From contig JBKBRF010000005.1 of the NCBI GenBank assembly GCA_046292385.1, positions 149,340 to 213,339 of the forward strand: a DNA stretch of 64,000 bases. Direction: 5' to 3'. Of the stretch, positions 1 through 8,324 are shown piece after piece. A program made the translations under genes and the position numbers. The stretch's first letter is position 1. Each line of letters opens with the position of its first letter. The notes beneath the pieces were generated by a model. It made no database searches. It saw only the letters and a list, made by a program, of their open reading frames with translations, and was not told where the DNA came from. This stretch comes from Armatimonadota bacterium. GTDB taxonomy: Bacteria > Armatimonadota > SYMT01.

Positions 1-641
1 CTGCCGTGCTGCTGGTAGAAAGCCTGGGCCTTGTTCAACAGCTCCAGCGCCGTGGGGTAATCGCCGCGCTCGTAGTAGGTCCAGCCGGTGTTGTTGTAGA
101 GCGGCCCCAGCCAGCGGCGGGCGCGCTCGTTCTTGCTGCGCTCCGCCAGCCCGATCGCCTGGAGGTTCCACTTCAGCGCCTCGTCCGGCGTCTCCGCGAT
201 GCCGAGCATGTGGGCGGCGTCGAGCGCGTACGCTTCCTCCCCCGCCGCGTTCGCCAGCTCCCACGCCTCGCGGAAGAGCCGCCGGGCCCGCTCCGGCTTC
301 TGGTCGGAATTGAAGGTGCGGCCCCGCTCCAGCAGGTAGCGCACGCGGGCGGTCTTCAGGTCCGGCTGAAGCAGCCCCTCCGCCTCGTCCAGGATGCGGT
401 GCGCCTCCGCGAACTTGCCCTGGAGACTCTGGGTGCGGCCGAGCTGGGTCAGGAGCTGCACCAGGTAGTCCCGGTTGCCGGACCGCCTGGCGCGGGGAAG
501 CAGCTCCCGGAACGTCTCCGCCGTCTCCTCCGGCTGCTGGTAGTTCCAGAGCTTGTCGATCACCGGAAGCGGCTCATCGTCCGGCTCCCGCGCGGCGATG
601 GCGAGCGCCAGGAGTGAGCAGAGCAGGATGAGCACGGTCAT
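1..641 (-). CDS. TPR-repeat protein with N-terminal signal-like segment (3' end runs off the window)
   Basis: Manual translation from ATG 641 (GGAGG upstream): MTVLILLCSLLALAIAARE...LTQLGRTQSLQGKFAEAHRILDEA...LYNNTGWTYYERGDYPTALELL. TPR-like helical pattern. Absent from the ORF track because there is no stop in the window. Confidence 0.75.
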   Translation of the reverse strand, partial: MTVLILLCSLLALAIAAREPDDEPLPVIDKLWNYQQPEETAETFRELLPRARRSGNRDYLVQLLTQLGRTQSLQGKFAEAHRILDEAEGLLQPDLKTARVRYLLERGRTFNSDQKPERARRLFREAWELANAAGEEAYALDAAHMLGIAETPDEALKWNLQAIGLAERSKNERARRWLGPLYNNTGWTYYERGDYPTALELLNKAQAFYQQHG

Positions 642-738
642 GGCAGCCTCCGTTCCGGATCCCGGCAGCTTGCCGGGCAGGCATGGAAGCGTTCGCCGGC
701 CGGGAGGCGGGTCCTCCTCCCGGCCGGCGATGGCCGGG

Positions 739-1881
739 CTACTTTTCGACCGGAGTGTCCGGGCGGCTGGTGTAGTCCGCGAACGAGCCGTAGTAGACTT
801 TGACCCGGGGGTAGCCGATCAGCTTGAGCGTGAAGAGGGAGTGCGACGCACGCCCGCCCGACGCTCAATAAGTGACCACCTCTTTGTCGGGGGTTACCCC
901 CTTGCTCTCGTAGAGCTTCTTCAGCTCCGGGCCGCTCTTGAACACCTGGTGCGGGCCGGTCACGTTCTCCGACCAGTCGACGTTCACCGAATTCGGGATC
1001 CGACCCGCCTTCTTCGCGCCGCCGGAGAGCCGCTCTCCCGTGAATTCGTCTGCGGAGCGGGTGTCCAGCACCACCACGTCGGGCCGACGCGCGAGCAGCT
1101 CCGGCGCGGCGCAGACCAGCTCCGGCACCTTCTTCGGTTTGAAGGTCGTCGCGGCGACCCGGGGAGCTTCCACCGTCGTGGGCCGCTTCTCCGCCGTCCA
1201 CTTGCTCCAGCCGCCGTTGACCAGGCTCACCTTCGGGTGGCCGTAGGCGTTCAGCACGAACCAGAGCCGGGCCGCGCTGCGGCCGCCCGCGTCATCGTAG
1301 ATCACCACGTGGGTGTCGGCGCCGATCCCCGCCTTTCCCATCATCGCAGCGAACGCCTCCGGGCTCGGCAGGAAGTCGGCGGTGTCGTTCGCGTCCCGCA
1401 GCGGGCCCTCGGACAGCCGGACCGCCCCCGGGAGGTGCCCGGCGGAGTACTTCTCATCCGAGCGCATGTCGACGATCCGGACCGTCGGGTCCTGGAGCCG
1501 GTGCTCCAGCCAGCTCGTCTCCACCAGCAGCTCCGGGTGGGCCCAGCCGCCGGAGCGGAACGTCTCCAGGTGCGCGAAGAGCGCCTGCGCCTTCTCGCCG
1601 TCGAGCTGCACCGCGGCGAAGCCTTTCGACTTCTCGATCACCTCCAGGGCGGAGAGGCGCTGCGTGATGTCGACCAGGCTCCTGGCGCCGGCGTAGGTGG
1701 TGGTATCGGCGCCGTCCTCGCCGTGACAGCGCGCGCAGTAGGTGGCGTAGAGCGTCTCGCCCTTCGCCCGCAGGCTCGCGGACTCCGGCCTGGGAGCCGC
1801 CTGCGCGCCGAGGACAGACGCCAGGACTATTCCGATGGACGCGCCCACGCCCGCCCAGGCCGCGACTCTTCGCGGATACAT
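739..1881 (-). CDS. Exported cytochrome c / tandem-rhodanese sulfurtransferase fusion, probable selenoprotein (UGA at 865-867 read as Sec)
   Basis: Signal peptide, CARCH heme motif and SseA-type motifs (GHLPGAV, GRIPNSVN). Reading through the TGA gives EVVTY-U-ASGGRASHSLFTLKLIGYPRVKVYYGSFADYTSRPDTPVEK* (TAG 739-741), the normal rhodanese C-terminus with U at the catalytic Cys. Confidence 0.85.
824..868 (-). promoter_or_regulatory. SECIS-like hairpin directly after the in-frame UGA of the rhodanese gene
   Basis: Minus strand TTGAGCGT-cgggcgggc-GTGC-GTC-GCAC-tccctcttc-ACGCTCAA. It has an 8-bp lower stem including the UGA and an apical loop starting with G about 18 nt after the UGA. Confidence 0.6.
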
Positions 1882-2054
1882 CGATCCCCCTCCCGCGGCG
1901 CCTCCGCGCCGCTCCGATTCAGTCTACTCCGGGCCGGCTTCGATGACCCGCGTCACCACGCGTGCTGCCGAATTCAACTGGAATGCGATACGTAGACGGC
2001 ACCGACTATCTGACCGGGAGAACCCCAGACCCCCTCGTTCAGGAGTAGCCCCGA

Positions 2055-2591
2055 ATGCCGAACGTTCTCTCCAGCCTCTATCCGTTCCACGGCAAGATCG
2101 TTACCGTCCGCGTCGACGACGTCCGGCTGCCCGACGGCCACGTGACGCAGCAAGAAGTGGTGGAGCACCGGGAGTCGATGACGGTAGTCGCCCTCGACTC
2201 GGAAGACCGCCTGGTGCTGGTGCGGCAGTACCGGCACGCGGTGGGCGAGGTGCTGCTGGAGACGGCGGCTGGATCGATCGACGACGGCGAGACCCCGGAG
2301 GAGGCGGTGAACCGCGAGCTGGCGGAGGAGACCGGCTACCGGGCCCGCCAGGTGGCGCGGCTCGGCAGCTTCTACCTCGCCCCCGGCTGGGCCACGGAGC
2401 ACATGCACGTCTTCCTCGCGCGGGACCTGTATGAGTCGCCGGAAGAGGGGGACGAGGACGAGCGGATCGAGGTGGTGCATCTTTCCATTCCGGAGTGGGA
2501 AGAGATGATCGCGCAGGGCGCGGTGCGGGACTGCAAGAGCCTGGGAGCCTGGCATCTCGCCCGCCGCTATCTCTGGGAGACGCGAGGATGA
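2055..2591 (+). CDS. NUDIX hydrolase, ADP-ribose pyrophosphatase (NudF)-like
   Basis: Nudix box AGSIDDGETPEEAVNRELAEETG, VRQYRHAV motif, AGGAG RBS. Confidence 0.9.
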   Translation: MPNVLSSLYPFHGKIVTVRVDDVRLPDGHVTQQEVVEHRESMTVVALDSEDRLVLVRQYRHAVGEVLLETAAGSIDDGETPEEAVNRELAEETGYRARQVARLGSFYLAPGWATEHMHVFLARDLYESPEEGDEDERIEVVHLSIPEWEEMIAQGAVRDCKSLGAWHLARRYLWETRG

Positions 2592-3157
2592 GCCGGACCG
2601 ACGCGCAGCGACTGGTCGCCGCTGCCGCCTTCGCCGCGGAGATCCACCACGGTCAGTGCCGCGATGAAGGGACGCCGTACCTCGAGCACCCGCTCCGCGT
2701 GGCCCGCATCGCGGCCGACGAGATCGGCATCTCGGATCCGGAGTTGCTGATCGCGGCGCTGCTGCACGACACGCTCGAGGACGCAGACGATCCGGAGGCG
2801 GCGCGGCGGCGCATCCGGGAGGAGTTCGGGGAGCGCGTGCTGGAGGTCGTGGAGCTGCTGACGAAGCCGTCCGACGACGGGACCTCAAAAGAGGCGCGCG
2901 ATCGCGAGTACCATTCGCGCCTGCAGCAGGCTCCGCGGGAGGTCCAGGCGCTGAAGATCGCCGACCGGCTGGACAACACCCGGTTCCTGATCCACTCTCC
3001 CGACTCGAAGAAGCGCGGCCGCTACCTGCGCGAAACGGAGGAGGAGTACCTCCCGCTCGCGGAGAAGGCGGGCGTACTGGTGGAGCCGCTCCGCGAGGCC
3101 ACCCGGCGCGTGCGAGAGCTCTACGGCCCACCCCCGGAACCGGACGCCCAGGAATGA
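2588..3157 (+). CDS. HD-domain small alarmone hydrolase (RelA/SpoT hydrolase, Mesh1-like)
   Basis: Motifs PYLEHP, ALLHDTLED and KIADRLDN. ATGA overlap with the NUDIX stop. Confidence 0.8.
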   Translation: MSRTDAQRLVAAAAFAAEIHHGQCRDEGTPYLEHPLRVARIAADEIGISDPELLIAALLHDTLEDADDPEAARRRIREEFGERVLEVVELLTKPSDDGTSKEARDREYHSRLQQAPREVQALKIADRLDNTRFLIHSPDSKKRGRYLRETEEEYLPLAEKAGVLVEPLREATRRVRELYGPPPEPDAQE

Positions 3158-4050
3158 AGAGACTCGCCGCCGCCTTCCTGCTCTCCCTCTTGCTCTCCAG
3201 CGCTGCCGTCCCGGCACCGAGCTACGGCGAGGGCCAGGTTGCGGAGCTCCTCGCCGTTGCAGTAGCGGAGCAGGAGCCGGAGCGGCGGCGGGCGCAGGCG
3301 ATCCGAGCGCTGGAGCACACGGAGCTGCGCACGCATCTCCCGGCGCTGCGGCGGCTCCTGCGAGAAGAGCGCAGCCTCGACATCCGCCTCGCCGCCGCGT
3401 GCACGCTGGCGGCGCTCGGCGACCGGAAGTCGCCGGCCGACCTCCTCCTGGTCACCGCCTACGACCAGGAGCGCACCCCGAGCTGCACCCGCTCCGACGT
3501 CGTCCTGGCGCTGGCGCGCACCGGCAACCCGGCCGCCGTGCTGCACCTGCGGAAGGCGCTGGAGGCCCCCGCGCCGGCGGACGAGCCGTTCTTCTACGCC
3601 GACGCCTGCCGCGCGCTCAGCATCCTAGGCACGCCGGAGGCGCTCGCGGAGCTGGGACGCGCGCTGCGAGAGGGCTCGGCCGAGGTCCGCCACGCCGCCG
3701 TCACCCCCCTCGCCAACGCGGCTCGAACGCTGAGCGTGGAGGAGCGGGCCTGGGTGAGCGCCGCGCTGCTCTACCGCGCGCGAGAGGACGCCGAGCCGCG
3801 CGTAGCGGAGCAGGCGATGAGCGGGCTCTTCTGGTGCGGAGTGGACGCTTCCGCATTCTTTCGACTGCTGGAAGCCGATCCCGAGCCGGAGGTCCGCGCC
3901 CGCGCCGCCCGGGTGATGAACCGCCACTACCTCCGCCCCCGCCACCTGGAGCGCCTGCGCGCCGCCCTCGCGACCGAGCGGGATGCCGGGGTCCGGACCG
4001 CGATCGAAGAGACGCTCCGCAGCCAGGAGCGCGGGGATCGCGTCCAATAG
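3154..4050 (+). CDS. HEAT-repeat protein with signal peptide
   Basis: Repeated IRLAAACTLAALG / VRHAAVTPL / VRARAARVM units, hydrophobic N-terminus, ATGA overlap. Confidence 0.75.
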   Translation: MKRLAAAFLLSLLLSSAAVPAPSYGEGQVAELLAVAVAEQEPERRRAQAIRALEHTELRTHLPALRRLLREERSLDIRLAAACTLAALGDRKSPADLLLVTAYDQERTPSCTRSDVVLALARTGNPAAVLHLRKALEAPAPADEPFFYADACRALSILGTPEALAELGRALREGSAEVRHAAVTPLANAARTLSVEERAWVSAALLYRAREDAEPRVAEQAMSGLFWCGVDASAFFRLLEADPEPEVRARAARVMNRHYLRPRHLERLRAALATERDAGVRTAIEETLRSQERGDRVQ

Positions 4051-4090
4051 GCCGGGGCTCCTCACTCACCGGCTCAAGGGGAGGGCTTCG

Positions 4091-4372
4091 ATGCGACGCC
4101 GCGCCGGAGTGCTGCTGGCTACCGCAAGTCTCCTGACGGCGCTGCTGCTGATCGGCGCCGCGGTCGGAGACTACGCCCTCTCGGGCGGGCCGCTCTCGCC
4201 AGGCCTCCGCACACAGTTCTCTCTAGTCCCGGCGAGCCCGTGGCGCTTCGACACCCTGGTAGGCTGCGGGCCGGGCACCGTGACCTACGTGACGACCATC
4301 GGACCGGTGCAGATCGTCCGCGAGGGCGGACGCAGCCCCTTTGATTCGCGACGTGGCACTGCACGGCAATGA
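4091..4372 (+). CDS. small hypothetical membrane/secreted protein
   Basis: ATG 4091 after GGGAGG. Basic then hydrophobic N-terminus MRRRAGVLLATASLLTALLLIGAAV. Confidence 0.5.
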   Translation: MRRRAGVLLATASLLTALLLIGAAVGDYALSGGPLSPGLRTQFSLVPASPWRFDTLVGCGPGTVTYVTTIGPVQIVREGGRSPFDSRRGTARQ

Positions 4373-4463
4373 GGGATGCCCCGTACTGTAATCGGCGGAA
4401 CCCGAGCGCTTGCTCGTGGGTCAGGAAAGCAGCACGTGGGTCGATCCACAGGAGGACGCATCA

Positions 4464-5267
4464 ATGCGTACGCCCCCCTCTCCCCGGGCGGTCGTCGGGT
4501 TACTTTTCGCCCTGGCAGCCCTTACCAGCGCTGCCCGCGGCCCCATCGCCGCAGCCGAACCGCTCACCCCATCAGGGTATGAAGGCGACCGGTATGAGCC
4601 GGACGACTCCCCGTACCGCTCCCGCAAGATCTCGATCTACAGCCGCCCGCAGCGGCACAGCCTGCACTGGTCGAAGGATTGGGACTTCGTCCGTTTTCGG
4701 GTGCCGGCCGGCAAGGTGGCCGTGATCGAGACGTTCGACCTCACCGACGGCTGCGACACGGTGCTGAGCCTCTTCGATAGCGACGGTGAGTCGAAGCTTT
4801 GGGAGTCGGACGACTTCCGCGACGAGGACCGGTCCGTCCTCCGGTACGCGGTGGAGCACACCGGTCTCTACTACGCCAAAGTGCGGCAGGTGGACGGCGC
4901 CGACGAGCGGGAGAAGGGGTACTCCCTGCGAGTGCGGGTGCAGGAGCCACGCCTGGGCGGCAAGATCGACCCGGTGTGGATCTTCGGATTCCCCGGCACG
5001 CGCCGCGGCCGCACCGGCACCGCCACGCTGGAGCTGAAGAACCACAGCGTCTACGAGAACCTGCGGATCGTGGTCGATAAGATCGAAGGGCCGTTCAGCG
5101 TCGTGGAGGGACCCGGGAGCACGATCCTGCCGCCGCGCGGGGTGCTGCCGCTGCGGCTCGCGTTCCATCCCGAGATTCGCGGCACCGTGACCGGCAAGCT
5201 CTACCTGAAGACAAGCGCCCGGGAGCGGCGAAGGGTGGAGATCAGCCTGGTCGGCACGGGGCTATAG
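4464..5267 (+). CDS. secreted protein with PPC-like beta domain and C-terminal Ig-like (ASH / choice-of-anchor D-like) domain
   Basis: AGGAGG RBS and signal peptide. DRYEPDD...DWDFVRF...DTVLSLFDSDG...GLYYAKV, then TLELKN...F.P...G..TGKL.L...V.I.LVGTG. Confidence 0.7.
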   Translation: MRTPPSPRAVVGLLFALAALTSAARGPIAAAEPLTPSGYEGDRYEPDDSPYRSRKISIYSRPQRHSLHWSKDWDFVRFRVPAGKVAVIETFDLTDGCDTVLSLFDSDGESKLWESDDFRDEDRSVLRYAVEHTGLYYAKVRQVDGADEREKGYSLRVRVQEPRLGGKIDPVWIFGFPGTRRGRTGTATLELKNHSVYENLRIVVDKIEGPFSVVEGPGSTILPPRGVLPLRLAFHPEIRGTVTGKLYLKTSARERRRVEISLVGTGL

Positions 5268-5283
5268 GGCCTCGCCCCGGGTA

Positions 5284-5327
5284 CAGCGCAAAGGGCCGGA
5301 GGGGTCTGCCTCCGGCCCTTTGCGCTG
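5284..5327. terminator. perfect 19-bp hairpin between convergent genes
   Basis: CAGCGCAAAGGGCCGGAGG-ggtctg-CCTCCGGCCCTTTGCGCTG. Confidence 0.6.
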
Positions 5328-5332
5328 GTAGT

Positions 5333-5480
5333 GCGTATTTCGTATTGCGTAGCGGTGCGTTTACTGGTGTTTCCGGTAGCGTCGTGCCGAGCGGGATGCC
5401 TTTTACAGCGCCTTGCCCGGCAGAATGCTTCGCCAGGTGGTACCGGCACGCCGCTGCGCAATACGGAATACGAAATACGC
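5333..5480. repeat. inverted-repeat element with CGTATT(T/G/C) heptamer ends
   Basis: GCGTATTTCGTATT...AATACGAAATACGC perfect 14-bp terminal inverted repeat, with imperfect pairing further inward. Confidence 0.65.
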
Positions 5481-5481
5481 C

Positions 5482-6351
5482 TCAGTTCACTCCCACCGCG
5501 TGGCGAAGCTTCCGGAGCGCCCGCGTCTCGATGTGGCGGATGCCCTCGCGAGACATGTTCAGCTCCTGGGCCAGCTCCTTCAGGCTGCGGACGCGGCCGT
5601 CGCGCAGGCCGTAGCGGTTCTCGATGACCGTCCGCTCCTTCGGCTTCAGCACGCCGAGGATCCGCGCCAGGTTCTCCCGGTCCGCGGCCTGCAGCGCGCA
5701 GTCTTCCGGATCCTGTGCTTCCGCGTCGAGCTGCAGGTCGCCAAGGGTGTAGTCTTCCGCCTCACCCAGCAGCACGTCGAGAGAGACCGGCTCCTGGATG
5801 CTCTGCAGCAGCGCGTTCACGGTGCTGACAGAGAGGGCCGTCTCGGCGGCGAGCTCCTCGGAGGTCGGCTGGCGCCCGAGCTTGTCGGAAAGCTGCATGC
5901 TGCTCCGCTCCAGCTTGCCGACCGCGTGGTAGGCATACGTGGGGAGCCGGATCATGCGGCTTTGCTTCTCAATGGCCCGCACGATCGCCTGGCGGATCCA
6001 GTAAGTAGCGTAGGTGGAGAAGCGGAACCCTTTGGTGGGATCGAACTTGTTGATGGCGCTCATGAGACCCAGGATGCCTTCCTGGACCACGTCTTCGAAC
6101 GTCATACCCCGGCAGTTGTAGTGCCGGGCAATGCTCACCACGAGGCGGAGGTTCGCCTCGATCATCCGTTCGCGGGCACGCTCGTCGCCGCCGCGAATCC
6201 GTTCTGTGAGGTCGATCTCTTCGTGAACGGTAAGGAGGGGACCGTCCGCCTTATACTGCCACGGTGGGATACCGTTCTGGTGTGCGTTCTGCTCCGGGTC
6301 CAGGTGGGACTGACGAGATCCTGTCTCGTCTGAGGATTGCCGGGATCGCAT
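5482..6351 (-). CDS. RNA polymerase sigma-70 family factor (RpoD/RpoS-like, lacking region 1.1)
   Basis: [41 protein letters not shown], region 4 [17 protein letters not shown]. Start chosen from GGAAAGGA upstream, so uncertain. Confidence 0.9.
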   Translation of the reverse strand: MRSRQSSDETGSRQSHLDPEQNAHQNGIPPWQYKADGPLLTVHEEIDLTERIRGGDERARERMIEANLRLVVSIARHYNCRGMTFEDVVQEGILGLMSAINKFDPTKGFRFSTYATYWIRQAIVRAIEKQSRMIRLPTYAYHAVGKLERSSMQLSDKLGRQPTSEELAAETALSVSTVNALLQSIQEPVSLDVLLGEAEDYTLGDLQLDAEAQDPEDCALQAADRENLARILGVLKPKERTVIENRYGLRDGRVRSLKELAQELNMSREGIRHIETRALRKLRHAVGVN

Positions 6352-6570
6352 GTGCGCCGTCCTTTCCGCTGCCATAGTACCACAGGCGCCGGCTTGCACC
6401 TAATTGTTTGTGGTAATTGCTTATTAACGCTCGCTTATCAATCGATAGGGAGTTATCGGAGCTGTTAATGATTGACGCGGGCGCCCGGGGAATGTGGGCG
6501 CAATGCCGGTGGCGACAATTGGGGGGTCTTTGAGCTCGAAGCGCTCGAGCGCGGGGTTGGGTTCCGGACT

Positions 6571-6598
6571 AGTATACCGAACGTGAAAAAAAGCGCAA
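6571..6598 (-). promoter_or_regulatory. putative sigma-70 promoter for the sigma factor gene
   Basis: Minus strand TTGCGC-16 nt-TATACT in a lower-GC intergenic region. Confidence 0.4.
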
Positions 6599-6748
6599 CC
6601 CCAATCGGGCTCCGTCCGCGGCAGTCACTGCGGCCCGTTTACCCACCCTCTCACTACTCTAACCCTCAAATCCTGAGCAGTATACGCAGCGGGGGCCACA
6701 AGGCTGACCCCCGCTGCCTAAGAGTTATCTGAACGGTGTCCTGCCGGC

Positions 6749-8248
6749 TCAGCCCGGCGCCTGCTCCCCGGAAAGGGCGGCAAGCAGCGCCTGCAGCAGC
6801 CGCCACGTCTCTTCCACCGTGCGAATCTGCACCCGCTCTTCCGGGGTGTGCGCCCCCTCGATCCGGGGGCCGAAGGAGATGGCGTCGAGGCCCGGCAGCC
6901 GGGAGGCGATCACGCCGCACTCCAGGCCGGCGTGGATCACCTGCACCGCGGCGGGGCGTCCGAACACCTGCTGGTAGACCGACGCGGTGGTGTGCAGCAG
7001 CGGCGAGCCGGGGTTCGGCTCCCAGCCGCCGTAGCCTTCCCGCAGCTCCACCTCCGCGCCGGCCTCCCGCCCGCGCTGCACGATCTCCGCCTGCAGGCGA
7101 TCCAGCTCGGCGTCGACGAACGAGCGGCTGCTGGTTCCGATCTCCAGGATCCCCGTGTGGGTGCGGACCATCGCGAGATTCGAAGAGGTCTCCACCTTCC
7201 CCTCGAAGGCCTGGCTCCAGGTGAGCGGGCCGTGCGGGAGGTCGCGCAGGAGGTCGATCGCCCGCACCGTGTCGGCGGCACTGAACGGCTCGGCCGGCTC
7301 GGCCGCGTCCCGCAGCTCCAGCGCGAAGCCCGGCTCGTCGTCTCCCCATTCCGCGGAGATCTCGTCCCGCGCCGCCGCCACCGCCGATTCCAGTGCCGCA
7401 AGCTGCTCCCGCGGCAGCGCCAGCGTGGCCGCGGCATCCCGCGGAATCGCGTTGTGCGCGTTGCCGCCGTGCAGGCGGTCGAGCCGGAAGTCGATTCCCG
7501 CCTCCCGGACGCGCTCCAGCGCCCGGACGAGCAGCTTGTTGGAGTTGGCGAGCCGCTCGTGGATCTGCACGCCGCTGTGACCGCCTTTCAGACCGGAGAC
7601 CACCAGCTCCCGCCCGATCCATCCCGCCGGAACGGGCTCGCGGTCGACCGGCAGCCGCAGCACGGCGCCGCTTCCGCCCGCGCAGCCGACCGTCAGCTCG
7701 CGCGGGTCTTCGCTATCGAGGTTGATGAGCAGCCGGGCGCGCACCAGCTCCGGATCGAGGTGGGCCGCGCCGTGCAGACCGGTCTCCTCCTCCACCGTGA
7801 AGATCAGGTCGAGCGGCCCGCGCTCCACCGTGGGATCGGTCAGCGCCGCCAGCCCCGCCGCCGCGCCGATGCCGTTGTCCGCGCCGAGGGTCGTCCCGGT
7901 GGCGTAGACCCACTCCCCCTCCACGCGGGGGCGGATCGGGTCGGACAGGAAGTCGTGCGTCACGTCCGGCCGCGCCTCGCAGACCATGTCGAGGTGCGCC
8001 TGGATCGCCACCGCGGGCGCTCCCTCCCGGCCCGGCGTGGCCGGCGCCTGGATCACCACGTTGCCGCGGGCATCCCGCAGCACAGTGGCTCCGGCCGCCT
8101 CCCCCACCGAGGCGACGTAGTCGCACGCACTGCCCTCGCGGCCGGAAGGACGGGGAATGGCGTTGAGCGCGGCGAACTGCCGCCACAACTCGCGCGGCTC
8201 TAGCTGGGCGTAGACTTGGATCGGGTCGAGGGCAGAGTTCTGGGACAT
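6749..8248 (-). CDS. pepD: aminoacyl-histidine dipeptidase (M20C)
   Basis: IPRPSG.E, QAHLDMVCE, TTLGADNGIG, VEEETGL.GA, LINLDSE, GGHSG, HAGLECG, GAHTPEE. Confidence 0.92.
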   Translation of the reverse strand: MSQNSALDPIQVYAQLEPRELWRQFAALNAIPRPSGREGSACDYVASVGEAAGATVLRDARGNVVIQAPATPGREGAPAVAIQAHLDMVCEARPDVTHDFLSDPIRPRVEGEWVYATGTTLGADNGIGAAAGLAALTDPTVERGPLDLIFTVEEETGLHGAAHLDPELVRARLLINLDSEDPRELTVGCAGGSGAVLRLPVDREPVPAGWIGRELVVSGLKGGHSGVQIHERLANSNKLLVRALERVREAGIDFRLDRLHGGNAHNAIPRDAAATLALPREQLAALESAVAAARDEISAEWGDDEPGFALELRDAAEPAEPFSAADTVRAIDLLRDLPHGPLTWSQAFEGKVETSSNLAMVRTHTGILEIGTSSRSFVDAELDRLQAEIVQRGREAGAEVELREGYGGWEPNPGSPLLHTTASVYQQVFGRPAAVQVIHAGLECGVIASRLPGLDAISFGPRIEGAHTPEERVQIRTVEETWRLLQALLAALSGEQAPG

Positions 8249-8324
8249 CGGGGCCTCTCCGAGAGAGCTGAAACTTCCTCGGCACGTTGCCCTGACCAGG
8301 ACTACTTTCCTGCGGCTAATGGAA

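Noticed and set aside
865..867. Nonsense mutation/pseudogene reading of the in-frame TGA (also 44725-44727)
   Set aside because: Both TGAs fall exactly on catalytic Cys positions, the downstream frames are intact, and each is followed by a similar hairpin. Recoding is more parsimonious.
553..1995. Long shadow ORFs (e.g. 553-1995+, 23029-25314-, 26372-28450-, 29387-31324+, 56963-59236-, and the 5' part of 40268-42952-)
   Set aside because: They are antisense or off-frame to well-supported genes, Arg/Pro/Gly-rich and motif-free, as expected in high-GC DNA.
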